DNA of 64,000 nt from Thermoanaerobaculia bacterium (GCA_963664405.1 OY761158.1:5824001-5888000), one strand, 5' to 3'. Counted from the first letter of the stretch, positions 9,116-19,515 are shown. The notes: generated from the sequence alone by a model not told the origin. Numbers and translations: made by a program.

Positions 9116-11176
9116 GTGCACCACTTCCATCGCGCACCGAAGGCCCGATGTCGGCGCATCGCGGTAGCGGCAGTGGCCGCCGGTGCGTGGGCTGCCTGTG
9201 TCTTCGGCCAGCAAGGAGCTGTCGATGGCGAGTGGCGCCATCATGGCGGCGACCATGGCTTCACTCGCTACTCGCCGCTGAGCCAGATCGACGCCGGGAA
9301 CTTCGCACGGCTCGAGGTTGCGTGGCGTTGGGAGTCGGCCGATAGTCGAATCGAGAAGGAGCTCAGCTCCGTCGCCCCCGGACAGCAAGGCTCAAGCGGC
9401 GCCGGGTACGAGGACCGTCCTGCAGCCCTCGCCAGAGCTCCGATCCGTCGGCTGGTTTGGCGGGGGGCTGGAGCGCTGATGATCGGCGGTAGGGTGTACG
9501 TACCGACCGAGCTGAGCCAGGTCGCGGCGCTCGCGGCCGGTAGCGGTGAGGAGATCTGGGTCTACGATCCGAAGATCTACGAGCACCCGAGGGCGGTGTT
9601 CCCCAACAACTTCACTCGTGGCCTCGAGTATTGGACCGATGGGGTGGAAGAGCGCATCCTCATCGCCACTCCGGCCAAGCAGCTGGTGTCGATCGATGTC
9701 GCGACCGGCCGACCGGACCCCGCATTCGGCGAGGATGGCATTGTCGATCTGTCCCGAGATCTGGGGCGCGAGGACATTGTTCTCCGTAATATCAACCATG
9801 CTGCCCCTGGAATCGTGGTCGGAGACGTCTTCATCCTAGGCTCGCGGATCTTCGATTTTCCGTTACGGAACAAGAACCCGCCCGGCCACGTGCGAGCTTA
9901 CGACGTGCGCACAGGCGAGCTGCGCTGGCGCTTCCACACCGTCCCGCAGGAGGGCGAGGAGTTCACCGAGACCTGGGAGAACGATTCCTGGAAGACGATG
10001 GGCAATGCCAACGTCTGGGCGTCGCTCACCGCCGATGACGAGCTCGGCTACGTCTATCTCGCCACCAGTACCCCGACCAGCGATTACTACGGGGGAGACC
10101 GGCACGGCGACAACGTTTTCGCGGAGAGTCTGGTCTGCGTCGACGTCGCCACCGGCAAGCGCGTCTGGCACTTTCAGACCGTGCATCACGGCATCTGGGA
10201 CTACGACCTCGCCTCGGCGCCCAATCTGGTCGACGTGGTCGTTGGGGGCCGAGTGAGGAAGGCGGTCGCGCAGGTGTCGAAAACGGCCTTCGCCTATGTC
10301 TTCGATCGGGTGACCGGCGAGCCGTTGTGGCCGATCGAAGAGCGCCCGGTCCCGCTGAGTACGGCGCCGGGTGAGAAGCTTTCCGCAACCCAGCCTTTTC
10401 CGACCAAGCCACCACCTTTCGATCGCCAGGGCACCCGGGTCGAGGATCTCATCGACTTCACCCCGGAGCTGCGCCGCGAGGCTCTCGAGATCGCCGAGCG
10501 GTTCCGTCTCGGGCCGATTTTTACGCCCTTGATCGTCGAAGGTGAGGGAGGCAAACAGGCGACACTGGCGCTACCCGGCGCCGGTGGTGGAGCGAACCAT
10601 CCGGGCGCCTCGGTCGATCCTGTCGCCGGCATCCTCTACGTGCAGTCGAAGACGGCGCCGAGTGGAATGGTTCTGCAGCAACCGGATCCGGCACGCACCG
10701 ACTGGAGATACATCAACGGCAGAGCCTCGACCGCAGGACCACAGGGGCTGCCGCTGTTGAAACCGCCCTATCGACGGATCACGGCGATCGATCTCAAAAC
10801 GGGAGAGCTGGCCTGGCAGGTTCCCCTGGGCGAGGGCCCGACCGATCACCCTGCCATTCGGCATCTCGATCTCGGGCCTCTGGGCAGTCGTGGCTCCAGT
10901 GGCGTCGACGAGGGCGGGCTTCTGATAACGAGAACCCTGCTCATCACCTATGTGCCGAATTGGGAGCACTGGGACGACCGCCTGCCGAAGGGCAGCATCT
11001 TGCAGGCGTACGACAAGGCCACCGGAGCGCTCTTGGCGGAGGTGGAGACCGACCGTACCCTGCACGGGGTGCCGATCACCTATCTCCACCGAGGCCGCCA
11101 GTACATCGCCGTACCGGGCGGCGGCGTCACCGAGAAGGCGGAGCTGATGTCGTTCGCACTGCCCGACGCTCGCTGA
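9116..11176 (+). CDS. PQQ-dependent dehydrogenase, paralog of 470-2539
   Basis: Same motifs; first ~60 aa nearly identical to 470-2539. Confidence 0.9.
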   Translation: MHHFHRAPKARCRRIAVAAVAAGAWAACVFGQQGAVDGEWRHHGGDHGFTRYSPLSQIDAGNFARLEVAWRWESADSRIEKELSSVAPGQQGSSGAGYEDRPAALARAPIRRLVWRGAGALMIGGRVYVPTELSQVAALAAGSGEEIWVYDPKIYEHPRAVFPNNFTRGLEYWTDGVEERILIATPAKQLVSIDVATGRPDPAFGEDGIVDLSRDLGREDIVLRNINHAAPGIVVGDVFILGSRIFDFPLRNKNPPGHVRAYDVRTGELRWRFHTVPQEGEEFTETWENDSWKTMGNANVWASLTADDELGYVYLATSTPTSDYYGGDRHGDNVFAESLVCVDVATGKRVWHFQTVHHGIWDYDLASAPNLVDVVVGGRVRKAVAQVSKTAFAYVFDRVTGEPLWPIEERPVPLSTAPGEKLSATQPFPTKPPPFDRQGTRVEDLIDFTPELRREALEIAERFRLGPIFTPLIVEGEGGKQATLALPGAGGGANHPGASVDPVAGILYVQSKTAPSGMVLQQPDPARTDWRYINGRASTAGPQGLPLLKPPYRRITAIDLKTGELAWQVPLGEGPTDHPAIRHLDLGPLGSRGSSGVDEGGLLITRTLLITYVPNWEHWDDRLPKGSILQAYDKATGALLAEVETDRTLHGVPITYLHRGRQYIAVPGGGVTEKAELMSFALPDAR

Positions 11177-11213
11177 GGGTTTCGCTCCAGCTCACCCCGA
11201 CTAACCGCCGCCG

Positions 11214-13055
11214 CTACTTTGGCCGCGCCGAGACGTCGATCCAGAACCCCTTGTGCGGTGAGCCCGGCTCTCTCGCTTTCAGCTCGCTGATGGGGTAGGG
11301 AGTACAGGGGAGGGGTGCATCTCCGCACTGCTCTCCCTCGCTCGGCACGTGCACTTCGAGTGGCGGCTTCTGCCCGTTCTCGATCCTGACGACTCTGGTG
11401 GGCCGCGAGACCATCTTGCCCAGAGGCCAGGAGGCCGGCAGCCGGCCCGGCACCAGATCGAAGCGAAACGAAGTGAAGAACTGGGCTACGAAGAGAATAC
11501 CGAGCAGCTTCGCGGTATTGGGCCGGACGATGCCTGAGGTGAACAGCATCGAAGCGCCTAGACCCATCCAGGCCCAAAAAAATCCGTCGCCGAAACGTAA
11601 GTCGGGGGCGGTGCTAAACCAGAACAGGAGGTTCAGCGCCGCCAATGCGGTGAGAAAGAGATCCATTCTCACACCCTCTTTACCTTGACGACCCCGACTG
11701 CGGATGTAGAAGTATGCGAAGAAGAATAGAGTCCCTGAGAAGAGGAGCCTGGGCTCCAGCGACTGCCTGAATCTCTGATACCACTGCGGGTACCAAAACG
11801 CGGCCCCCTCGCTGTCCGCCCTCATCGACTCCGCTCCGGGTGCTCGCGCAAAGGCCTTGATCGCTCGGTAGAGCCCGTCGGTGGATTGCAGCTGATGGCC
11901 GTTGTCCTCCGCCAGCGGCTGTGCCGGCACCGCCCAATCCACCGCCAGTCCGCCCACCGGTGCCGGGTATAGGAGCCATCCGGAGAGTACGACGTTGCGG
12001 GCGAAGTAGCCCGTGAGCAAGAGCGCCGGGAGGACGACCCCTGGGACGAGGCGCCGAACTGGGGCGGAAGCAACCACGAACGCCACCGTCAGCCCAAGGG
12101 ACACTGCACCCATGGGCTTGAACAGAAACCCGAGGGTGGCGATCGTGACCAGATAGGAGAGAGCGATCTCACGATTGCGCGGGAGCTCCGCGGAGTTGCC
12201 CGGCGGTGCCGAGAAACTCGACTGATAGCGCAGGAGCTCGAGGACCAGAACCAGGAGCAGGATGTGGGTGGGCGTGTCGTCGTTGAGACCGGGGCCCAGG
12301 TAGGCGAGCTTGAGGAGGAGATAGGGCATTGTGAACAGTGCGAACAGTCGCACCCGAAGGGCTTGTGTGCCTCCCACCGATAGGAGGATCGAGAGCCAGT
12401 GCATACAGGCGAGGACGACGAAGAAGCCCTGGGCGAACCAGGCCGACCGGAGATCCCACCACAGGTTGTCGACAACTGGCGAAAAGAGCAGGAAGCCGGC
12501 ATTGAAGCCCAGCCGGGAGTGGAGGTTGGCGAGACCGGGGACGGCGGGATGCTGGTTCGCCCAGCGCACCCAGCTGGCGTGGTAGAGATCGGTGTCGTAG
12601 GCCACCGTCGAGGCGCTGGTGGCGAGGTTCGCCGCTCCGACCAGAATCACGACGAGAAGCGCGGCAAGAAACAGGAGCAGGGGTCCCCGGCCGAGGGTCT
12701 CTGGTTCAGCCGGGGGCACTGATCGAGCGCGAGCGATTGCCCTGGCCGTAGGCAATCCCAGGAGGCCCAGAACGATCATCGCGATCAATACGCTGCCGTT
12801 GATGGGGGTGAGGAGACTGAGGATCTGCACGATGGCGAGCATTGCTGCCAGGCCGAGCCAAGGCAGACGAAAGAGACCCAGCTGACGCCCGACCTCACAA
12901 CGGGTGATGCGCCCCCAGACAACGCTCAGCAGAGATCCAAGCCCCAGCAGGATCGTGAACAGACACAGCCAGGAAAGAACAATGAAGATCAAGCGGCGCC
13001 TCAGCGATGGTGTCGCGGTGTCATGGAGTCTGGTGCCCGAGAGGCAGGATAGCAA
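11214..13055 (-). CDS. Polytopic membrane protein (LIC_10190-like; possibly GT-C-type)
   Basis: Many hydrophobic segments; YDTDLYH, PGLANLHSRLGFN, SGWLLYP, APDLRFG and C-terminal CGDAPLPCTPY motifs. Start uncertain. Confidence 0.65.
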   Translation of the reverse strand: MLSCLSGTRLHDTATPSLRRRLIFIVLSWLCLFTILLGLGSLLSVVWGRITRCEVGRQLGLFRLPWLGLAAMLAIVQILSLLTPINGSVLIAMIVLGLLGLPTARAIARARSVPPAEPETLGRGPLLLFLAALLVVILVGAANLATSASTVAYDTDLYHASWVRWANQHPAVPGLANLHSRLGFNAGFLLFSPVVDNLWWDLRSAWFAQGFFVVLACMHWLSILLSVGGTQALRVRLFALFTMPYLLLKLAYLGPGLNDDTPTHILLLVLVLELLRYQSSFSAPPGNSAELPRNREIALSYLVTIATLGFLFKPMGAVSLGLTVAFVVASAPVRRLVPGVVLPALLLTGYFARNVVLSGWLLYPAPVGGLAVDWAVPAQPLAEDNGHQLQSTDGLYRAIKAFARAPGAESMRADSEGAAFWYPQWYQRFRQSLEPRLLFSGTLFFFAYFYIRSRGRQGKEGVRMDLFLTALAALNLLFWFSTAPDLRFGDGFFWAWMGLGASMLFTSGIVRPNTAKLLGILFVAQFFTSFRFDLVPGRLPASWPLGKMVSRPTRVVRIENGQKPPLEVHVPSEGEQCGDAPLPCTPYPISELKAREPGSPHKGFWIDVSARPK

Positions 13056-13218
13056 GAAGGCGTTGCGGCGCCGGTGGCCGGAGTGAGGGCGAAGGGGTCT
13101 CTAGTGGTCTCTGATTCGGAGAAAGCGAGGGCTAGGAGCGTGTCCGAGAATTCGGACAGGCGAGTAGTTCTCAGGCGGGGATGGGCCGGAAAACGGGCCG
13201 AAGGCGCGTTTTCTGGGG

Positions 13219-14307
13219 CTAGCGCGCCGTGAGGCGGGCAACAGCGGTCTCATTCAGCTCGATTCCGAGCCCCGGACGATCGGACAGCTCCATGACGCCG
13301 TCCTGTGGGAGCACGTGCTCACCGTAGAGGTCGGCGACGTCATCGAGCGCTCCCGAGAACTCGGTCGAGAACTCGTGCGGCCGGGTCGCGTTTTGCACCG
13401 TGGCGTAGGCGTGTAGCGATGCCATCGAGTTGATGCCTGCCTGCGGGCTGTGCGGCATCACCGGCTTGTCGAGCGTCGTGGCGTAGTCGTAGATCCGCTT
13501 CACTTCGGACGGCCCGCCCGCGTTGAGAATGTCCGGCTGCAGGATGTCGGGATTGCCGAGCAGCACGAGCTGGTGGAACCACCAGCGGAAAGCATCCTGC
13601 TCGCCCGCGGAGACGGCGACGTCGAGAGCCTCGGAGACCTGCTTGAGCCCCGGTAGATCCCAGTTCGGGATCGGCTCCTCGAAATGATCGATGCCGAGCG
13701 CCTCGAAGCGCCGCCCCTGCTGAATCGCGGTCGACACCGAGTAACCGTTATTGGCGTCGAATCCCAGGTAGATCTCGGGTGGAAGAAACTCACGCACCCG
13801 CTCGAAGATGCGGAAGTCCTTGTCGGGGTCGGCGTCCTGGCGCCAGCCTTTCCAGTCCATGCGGATCTTGAAGGCGCGGAAGCCCATCTCCCAGCCCTGC
13901 TCGACCAGGGTGAGCATCTCCGGCGGTTGCATCCGCCATCCCGAGCCGGTGCTCCAGTACAGGGGAATCGTCGTCCGCGCGGCGCCGCCCATCAGCGTGT
14001 AGACCGGCAGGCCCGTTTCCTTGCCGAGGAGATCCCAGAGTGCAACGTCGATGGTGCCGACGACCCATCCCGGAAGCTTGTTCATCCTCTCCCCGCGGCC
14101 GAGCGCCAGGGTCTCCCAGTGACGATCGATCGTGCGAGGGTCTTCGCCGACCAACGCAGGCTCGATCACGCTGTCGAGATAGGCGTTGAAGACCTTGCCG
14201 CTTCGACCCGGGGCCTCGGCCCAGCCTTCGACGCCGGCGTCGGTCTGAATCCTCAGCAGACCCTTGCCGGTGGTGAGCGGGGTGTTCGTGATGTCGGTGA
14301 TCTTCAA
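13219..14307 (-). CDS. Mandelate racemase/muconate lactonizing (enolase superfamily) enzyme
   Basis: DVALWDLLGK, FKIR, DANNGY, EEP, GEQ, PDI, PGLGIEL; TTG start behind AGGAGGT. Confidence 0.9.
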   Translation of the reverse strand: MKITDITNTPLTTGKGLLRIQTDAGVEGWAEAPGRSGKVFNAYLDSVIEPALVGEDPRTIDRHWETLALGRGERMNKLPGWVVGTIDVALWDLLGKETGLPVYTLMGGAARTTIPLYWSTGSGWRMQPPEMLTLVEQGWEMGFRAFKIRMDWKGWRQDADPDKDFRIFERVREFLPPEIYLGFDANNGYSVSTAIQQGRRFEALGIDHFEEPIPNWDLPGLKQVSEALDVAVSAGEQDAFRWWFHQLVLLGNPDILQPDILNAGGPSEVKRIYDYATTLDKPVMPHSPQAGINSMASLHAYATVQNATRPHEFSTEFSGALDDVADLYGEHVLPQDGVMELSDRPGLGIELNETAVARLTAR

Positions 14308-14394
14308 GCTGACACCTCCCTGGATCTTCGGCTAGGTATCTCCAATGGCTCACATCGTGACGTATGAATCAAGTTTTTCTCGAAGCGAACTCGT

Positions 14395-14498
14395 GCCGGC
14401 CGTTCAGGGTGCCCCAGATCGCCGCAGCACAGGAGCGAGGCGACGTAGGCGTACTGAGGAGTACGTTGGCGGCGAGTGGGGTGCCCTGGACGGCCGGC
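14395..14498 (+). repeat. ~104-nt intergenic nested inverted repeat (REP/MITE-like or structured RNA)
   Basis: 14395-14416 pairs with 14477-14498 (22 bp including 3 G-T); inner TCGCCGC/GCGGCGA stem; CGTACT-GAGG-AGTACG hairpin preceded by GTAG. Confidence 0.6.
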
Positions 14499-16012
14499 TA
14501 AGGGCCCGGTCGGCGGACGACGGTGCGGTCGAGATAGCGGTGGGTGCCGACGACGGAGAAGTGGGCGGTGAGCTCGTAGCCCGGCGTCCTGGCGGTGTGC
14601 TGCACCGACTCGACCGCGACTGTGGACGGGTCGGGTCCGCCACTGAGCACCTCCGCCAGCACCCTCCCCGTCATCGTGGCGGGTCGGGTGAGGCCAAGCA
14701 AGTGGCAGAGGGTTGGGGCCAGGTCGACATTGGAGGAGGGGACCGCGGTGCGTAGGGATTTCTTCAGATCGGGACCCGCCGCGACCAGAGTGTTGTGGAT
14801 GTCCCAGGGGCTGGTGGTGCCGTGCCCGGCGACGCCGGGTTGCGTGGTGGAGCCTTTGTAACCGAAACGGTTGGCTTCGTCCGACCAGTCGGCGGACACC
14901 AGGAGATCGCCGGCGCGTTCATGGCTCCAGCCGATGAGATCGAAGGAGAGGGTACCGGCCACGGCGCCAAGCGCGTCACCCGGTCGCACGGCACGGGTGA
15001 AGATGGCGCCTGCCCACTTGGCCTCCTGCAGGGCGCGCACGACTTCGGCGAGTCTCGCCGGCCCTTGTCGCAGATACACGGCTCCGTCAGCGACGACAGC
15101 GCCATCCGGACCCAGCGTCCGCTCGACGATACCCGCTGGGTCTGCACCGCCGCGATGAGTGGAGAAACCGTGATCGGAGGTGACGAAGATGTTCACGCTT
15201 CCGCCGAGGTCGCGCTCTTCTAGGCCGGCGACGAGACGGCCTACTTCGCCATCGACGGCGGCCAGTGCCTGGAGTGTCTCCGGAGCGCCGATGCCGTGAG
15301 CGTGAGCGGTGGAATCGGGATCCGAGAGCCAGAGGATCGCGGCCTCCGCGTCGAGCTGGTCGAGCCCGACTTCGAGATAGGCGTTCACGATCCAGCGGTG
15401 ACGGGAAAAGGCGGGGCTGCTCTCGGCGGGCGGCGGCCCGATCGTCTCCTGCACCTTCGCTCGCAGCTCTTCCGGCAGCACGTAGTCGTAGTGGACGATT
15501 GCCCCGCCCGCAACAGTGTGGTTGAGCAGGTAGGAAGACCCGGTAGAGCCTGAGCTTCCCACCATGAGCTTGCCGCCACTATCCGCAAGCACTTCGCCCA
15601 GAGTGACCGCTTCGAGCAACCGGCCGCCGGTCGCCTTCTCGATCCGTAGCAGGTTGTCGCGCTCGGAGGTCGTGAGGCTGTCCTCGGCGTCGACCTGGGG
15701 GAAGTAGACCGAGTTCCCCATCAGTCCGTGCCGCGCGGGGTAGGTGCCGGTGGAGATGGAGGGGGAGTTGACGCGGGTGACGGTGGGGTAGACGGAGTGG
15801 TGGTTTTCGAAGAAGACGCCGCGCTCGGCGAGACCATGGAGATTGGGCATGAGCTCGGGAGTCACGTAGTCGGGGCGGAGGCCATCGAGAACGACCAAGA
15901 GCTGCTTCGTCTCGGCGGCGGGGGAGAAAGAGGGTGCCAGGAGACATAGGGCGACGGCCCAAGAGAGTGGCCGTTGGGCTGCGACGACTAACCTCGGAGC
16001 GCGGTTGCGCAT
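14498..16012 (-). CDS. Alkaline phosphatase superfamily / type I phosphodiesterase-nucleotide pyrophosphatase, exported
   Basis: VVLDGLRPD, PTVTRVN (Thr nucleophile), DPDSTAH, TSDHGF, GHG; signal peptide. Confidence 0.88.
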   Translation of the reverse strand: MRNRAPRLVVAAQRPLSWAVALCLLAPSFSPAAETKQLLVVLDGLRPDYVTPELMPNLHGLAERGVFFENHHSVYPTVTRVNSPSISTGTYPARHGLMGNSVYFPQVDAEDSLTTSERDNLLRIEKATGGRLLEAVTLGEVLADSGGKLMVGSSGSTGSSYLLNHTVAGGAIVHYDYVLPEELRAKVQETIGPPPAESSPAFSRHRWIVNAYLEVGLDQLDAEAAILWLSDPDSTAHAHGIGAPETLQALAAVDGEVGRLVAGLEERDLGGSVNIFVTSDHGFSTHRGGADPAGIVERTLGPDGAVVADGAVYLRQGPARLAEVVRALQEAKWAGAIFTRAVRPGDALGAVAGTLSFDLIGWSHERAGDLLVSADWSDEANRFGYKGSTTQPGVAGHGTTSPWDIHNTLVAAGPDLKKSLRTAVPSSNVDLAPTLCHLLGLTRPATMTGRVLAEVLSGGPDPSTVAVESVQHTARTPGYELTAHFSVVGTHRYLDRTVVRRPGP

Positions 16013-16037
16013 TCTGGCCGCCCTTTCTCAGGAGAGA

Positions 16038-18186
16038 TCATGGTTCACTCGACTGTCTCTGGAGCTGGGCATCTCTCTTTTCGATCGCTCGCGAAATGAT
16101 GAAGGCGCGGATTGCGCTCAGGGACTCCTCGTCCAGTGAGTCGCCGAAGCCGGGCATACCCAACTCCTGCTTCGTGCCATCGTGAACGATCTCGGAGAAT
16201 TTCTTGTGGGTGTCGAGCGTCATCATTCTGAGGTCGGGCGCCGCGGCGGCGATCACCATGGGCACGCCGAGGCCGCGATGGCAGTTGGCGCAGATCTGGT
16301 GGTAGAGCGCGTTCCCGCGATCCACAGTCTCGGCCGACGCTGTGAGTGTTGGCGGTTGCGGAATCTCGGTACTGCGCAGCGGCGGCTGCGGTAGCGTCTG
16401 CGCGCCGCCGAGCTTGAACACGATCAGCTTCCCAGGCGAGTCGTACTCGGCACCGCTGCCGGCGATCGCCGCGAGATACTGGATGCCATCGATCATGTAG
16501 GTGACAGGCGCTGCAGAGAACGAGCCGTACGCGTCGAATCGCCAGAGTAGCTCACCGCTGTCGGTGTTGTAAGCCGAGAGCTGCCCTTTCCCATCTCCCT
16601 GAAAGAGTAGGCCGGTCACCGTTGCCAGGACTCCGCCGTTGAACCCGGTGGGTAGCTCCAGCTTCCAGCGCGACTCTCCGGAAAGCGGGTCGAAGGCGAT
16701 CAAGAAGCCTCTGGTCTCGGGGCGCGGTGGGGCCTTCGCTTCCAGTGCGGAGCGATAGGGGCCCAATCCCAGGCCGAGACTTAGTCCGATCTTATTGATC
16801 TCGTACTTGCCGGTCGCGACAAAGGTCTCGTCGAGCGAGTAGAAATTCGCGTAGTCGTGGTAATAGAAATACATGATGCCGCTCGCTTCGTCGAACGACA
16901 TCGGCTCCCAGTTGTGGGCGCCCGCGTTTGCGGGGAGGATCCACTGCGGGTCGGTCTCGTACACAACGTCAGGGTTCTCCACCGGTCGTCCGGTCTCCAT
17001 GTCGACGTGGGTCGCCCAGGTGATGCCCTCGGTGTAGGGGTGGGCACGCAGGAGCTCGCCGTCGGTGCGATCGATGACGTAGAAGAAGCCGTTCTTCGGT
17101 GCCTGGAGGAGTACCTTGCGCTCTACTCCGTCGACGGTCATGTCCCCGAGAGCGATAGGCATGGCAGAGCTGTAGTCCCAGTTGTCGCCAGGCACGGTCT
17201 GGTAGTACCAGTTCATTCGGCCGCTCTCGACGTCGACCGAGACGATGGCGGTCAGAAACAGATCGTCGCCGCCACCGGGCGAGCGGATCTGGCGAGGCCA
17301 GGGAGCGCCGTTGCCGACGCCGATGTAGAGGCTTCCCAGCTCCTCGTCATAGACCAGCGAGCTCCACGCGGTCCCTCCTCCGCCGTACTTCCACCACTCT
17401 CCCCCCCCAGGTCTTGGCGGCGAGCTCCATCTCCGGGTGCTCGAAAGGCTTGGAGGGGTCCCCGGGTACCAGGTAGAAGCGCCATGCCACTTCTCCGCTG
17501 TCGGCATCGTAAGCGGTGACATAGCCGCGGCGGTGGCCGCTCTCGGAGCTGCCCTGGCCGATGAAGACCTTGCCCGCTGCGGCGCGAGGTGCACCGGTGA
17601 TGTTGAAGCGACCCAGCGCGGACGGGTGATAGGTGTCGACGTCCCAGACCTCCTCGCCGGTAGCGGCATCGACCGAGATCAAGCGGCCGTCGAAAGTGGC
17701 GACGTAGACCCTACCCTTGTAAACCGCGACGCCTCGATTCGCGGCCCCACCACAGCAGGCGTATTTGATGTACTCGCGGTCGGTCTTGGGGTCGTAAGTC
17801 CAGATCTCCGCCCCGGTGCCGGCATCGAGCGCGTAAATCACGCTCCAACCGTTGGTCACGTACATGACGCCGTCGACGATGAGGGGCGTGCTTTGCATTT
17901 TGTCTCGGCCATCGCCGATGGCCTTGAACCAGGCGACGCCGAGCTCCTGCAAGCCGTCTCGGCCGATCTGGGTCAGCGTGGAGAAGCGCTGCTCTTTGTA
18001 GGTTTGCCCGTAGGTCAGCCAACTGCCGGGCTCGTCCATGGCCGCGCGCTTGATGCGCTCGTCGTCGACTCGACCGGCAGGCGGCGACTCTGTCGGCTCG
18101 GTCGAGCGCCCGACGTCCACTTCTGAGCGCCCGCCGCAGCAAACGAGGGAGAGTGCAACCAGGGCTGTGACGGCTCTTGTCGTCAA
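16038..18186 (-). pseudogene. Type II quinohemoprotein alcohol dehydrogenase (PQQ + cytochrome c), frameshifted at a G8 run (17401-17408)
   Basis: N-half has vicinal YACCGG and TGAPR; C-half has EWWKYGGGGTAW, DNWDY, GAHNW and heme motif CANCH. Removing one G restores KTWGGEWWKY. May be intact in vivo. Confidence 0.85.
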
Positions 18187-19322
18187 CGGTATGACTTGAC
18201 AGGTGGCAAGCGGGCCCCGTTCTCGCCCTCGGGCCGTTGGCCGGCCTCGGCGGTCAGCCGCAGGGTGCCGATGCCGTCGATGCTGGCCTCGATCAACTCG
18301 CCCGGCTTGAGGTAGCGGTCCTCTTTGCCGCGGGTTGCGGCAGAGCCGGCCGCGGTGCCGCCGGACGTTCCGTTGTTGATCACATCGCCGGGATACAGGG
18401 TAATGATGGAGGAGGCATACTCGATGAGCTCCCAGAGGGAATGGATCATGTCGCCGGCTCTCGCCTCCTGCAGCTGCTGGCCGTCGACACTCAGCGTCTG
18501 GCGAAGCTTCTCCATCGGGTCTCCGTAGAACTCCTTCGGTACGATCCAGGGGCCCTGCGGCGCGAAAGTGTCGTGACCCTTGCCCACGAACCAGTCCGAG
18601 GTCATTGGGTTCCCTCCAGGCGGCCGTCCTCCACGGTCGGAGACGTCGATCGATACCGTGTAGCCGAATACATAGTCCTGCGCGTCGGAGGCTGACACGT
18701 ACTTGGCCGTTCGCCCGATCACAGTCCCCAGCTCGACCTCCCAGTCGGTTCGGTCACGACCGTAGGGAATCACGATCGAATCGTCGGTGCCGATGACCGC
18801 GCCTCTAGAGGGTTTCAGGAATAGGTAGGGTACGCCGCGCTGCTCGCGTCTCTGGCGCCGGGCTGACGCCTGCTTTTCGGGAGTGTCGGCCTCATTGACG
18901 TGGCTGTAGAAGTTGACCGCCGCGTTGAGGATCTTGCCCGGATACATGATCGGGGGCAGCGTGCGGATCTCGCTCACATTGTGAATGTAGGCCGCCCGAC
19001 CGCTACCGGTTACCTGATTGTTCGCCACCAGGTGGTTGACGATTTCGTAGAGTCGATACTTGAAGCCGTAGTCATAGAGACCGATCAGCTCGAGCATGTC
19101 CTCGGGCAGCGGAACCTTGGGATAGGCCGGATCCGCCTCGAGGGCCATATTGGCCGACTCGAGATCGACGACCAGGCTGTCGCGAAGCACCAGGCCCAAG
19201 TGGGGAACGCCGTGGAGCTCGAAAGTACCGAGCTTGAACGGCTCGGCTGAGTCCGTTGCCTGAGCCGGCACGAAGGCAGGGCTCGCCAGCGCTACGAGCA
19301 GAATGAGAAAAAGTGATCGCAT
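18183..19322 (-). CDS. Fumarylacetoacetate hydrolase family protein with N-terminal signal peptide
   Basis: PYLFLKP, DWEVELG, DVSDRG, GKGHDTFAPQGP, LYPGDVI; ATG 19322 behind GAGGA gives MRSLFLILLVALASPAFVPA. Confidence 0.88.
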   Translation of the reverse strand: MRSLFLILLVALASPAFVPAQATDSAEPFKLGTFELHGVPHLGLVLRDSLVVDLESANMALEADPAYPKVPLPEDMLELIGLYDYGFKYRLYEIVNHLVANNQVTGSGRAAYIHNVSEIRTLPPIMYPGKILNAAVNFYSHVNEADTPEKQASARRQRREQRGVPYLFLKPSRGAVIGTDDSIVIPYGRDRTDWEVELGTVIGRTAKYVSASDAQDYVFGYTVSIDVSDRGGRPPGGNPMTSDWFVGKGHDTFAPQGPWIVPKEFYGDPMEKLRQTLSVDGQQLQEARAGDMIHSLWELIEYASSIITLYPGDVINNGTSGGTAAGSAATRGKEDRYLKPGELIEASIDGIGTLRLTAEAGQRPEGENGARLPPVKSYR

Positions 19323-19515
19323 GAGCTTCCTCCTCTGGGATCTCGACCGAAACCAATGACGGCTCGATTGCTGAGATTGGCAAATCCGATTTCTACGCCT
19401 GCACGCCCGGCCTGTCAAGCTCGATTCGGCGCCCAGCGCGAGTGCTTCGTGGCGAAGAGGTACTATCTATGCACGCCACTATGCACGCCACGGTGTCGGC
19501 AGGAGGAGGTTTTTC

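Noticed and set aside
298-11176. Duplicated segments as diversity-generating retroelement template/variable repeats
   Set aside because: No reverse transcriptase in the window; mismatches are not adenine-specific; the repeat is at 5' ends and promoter.
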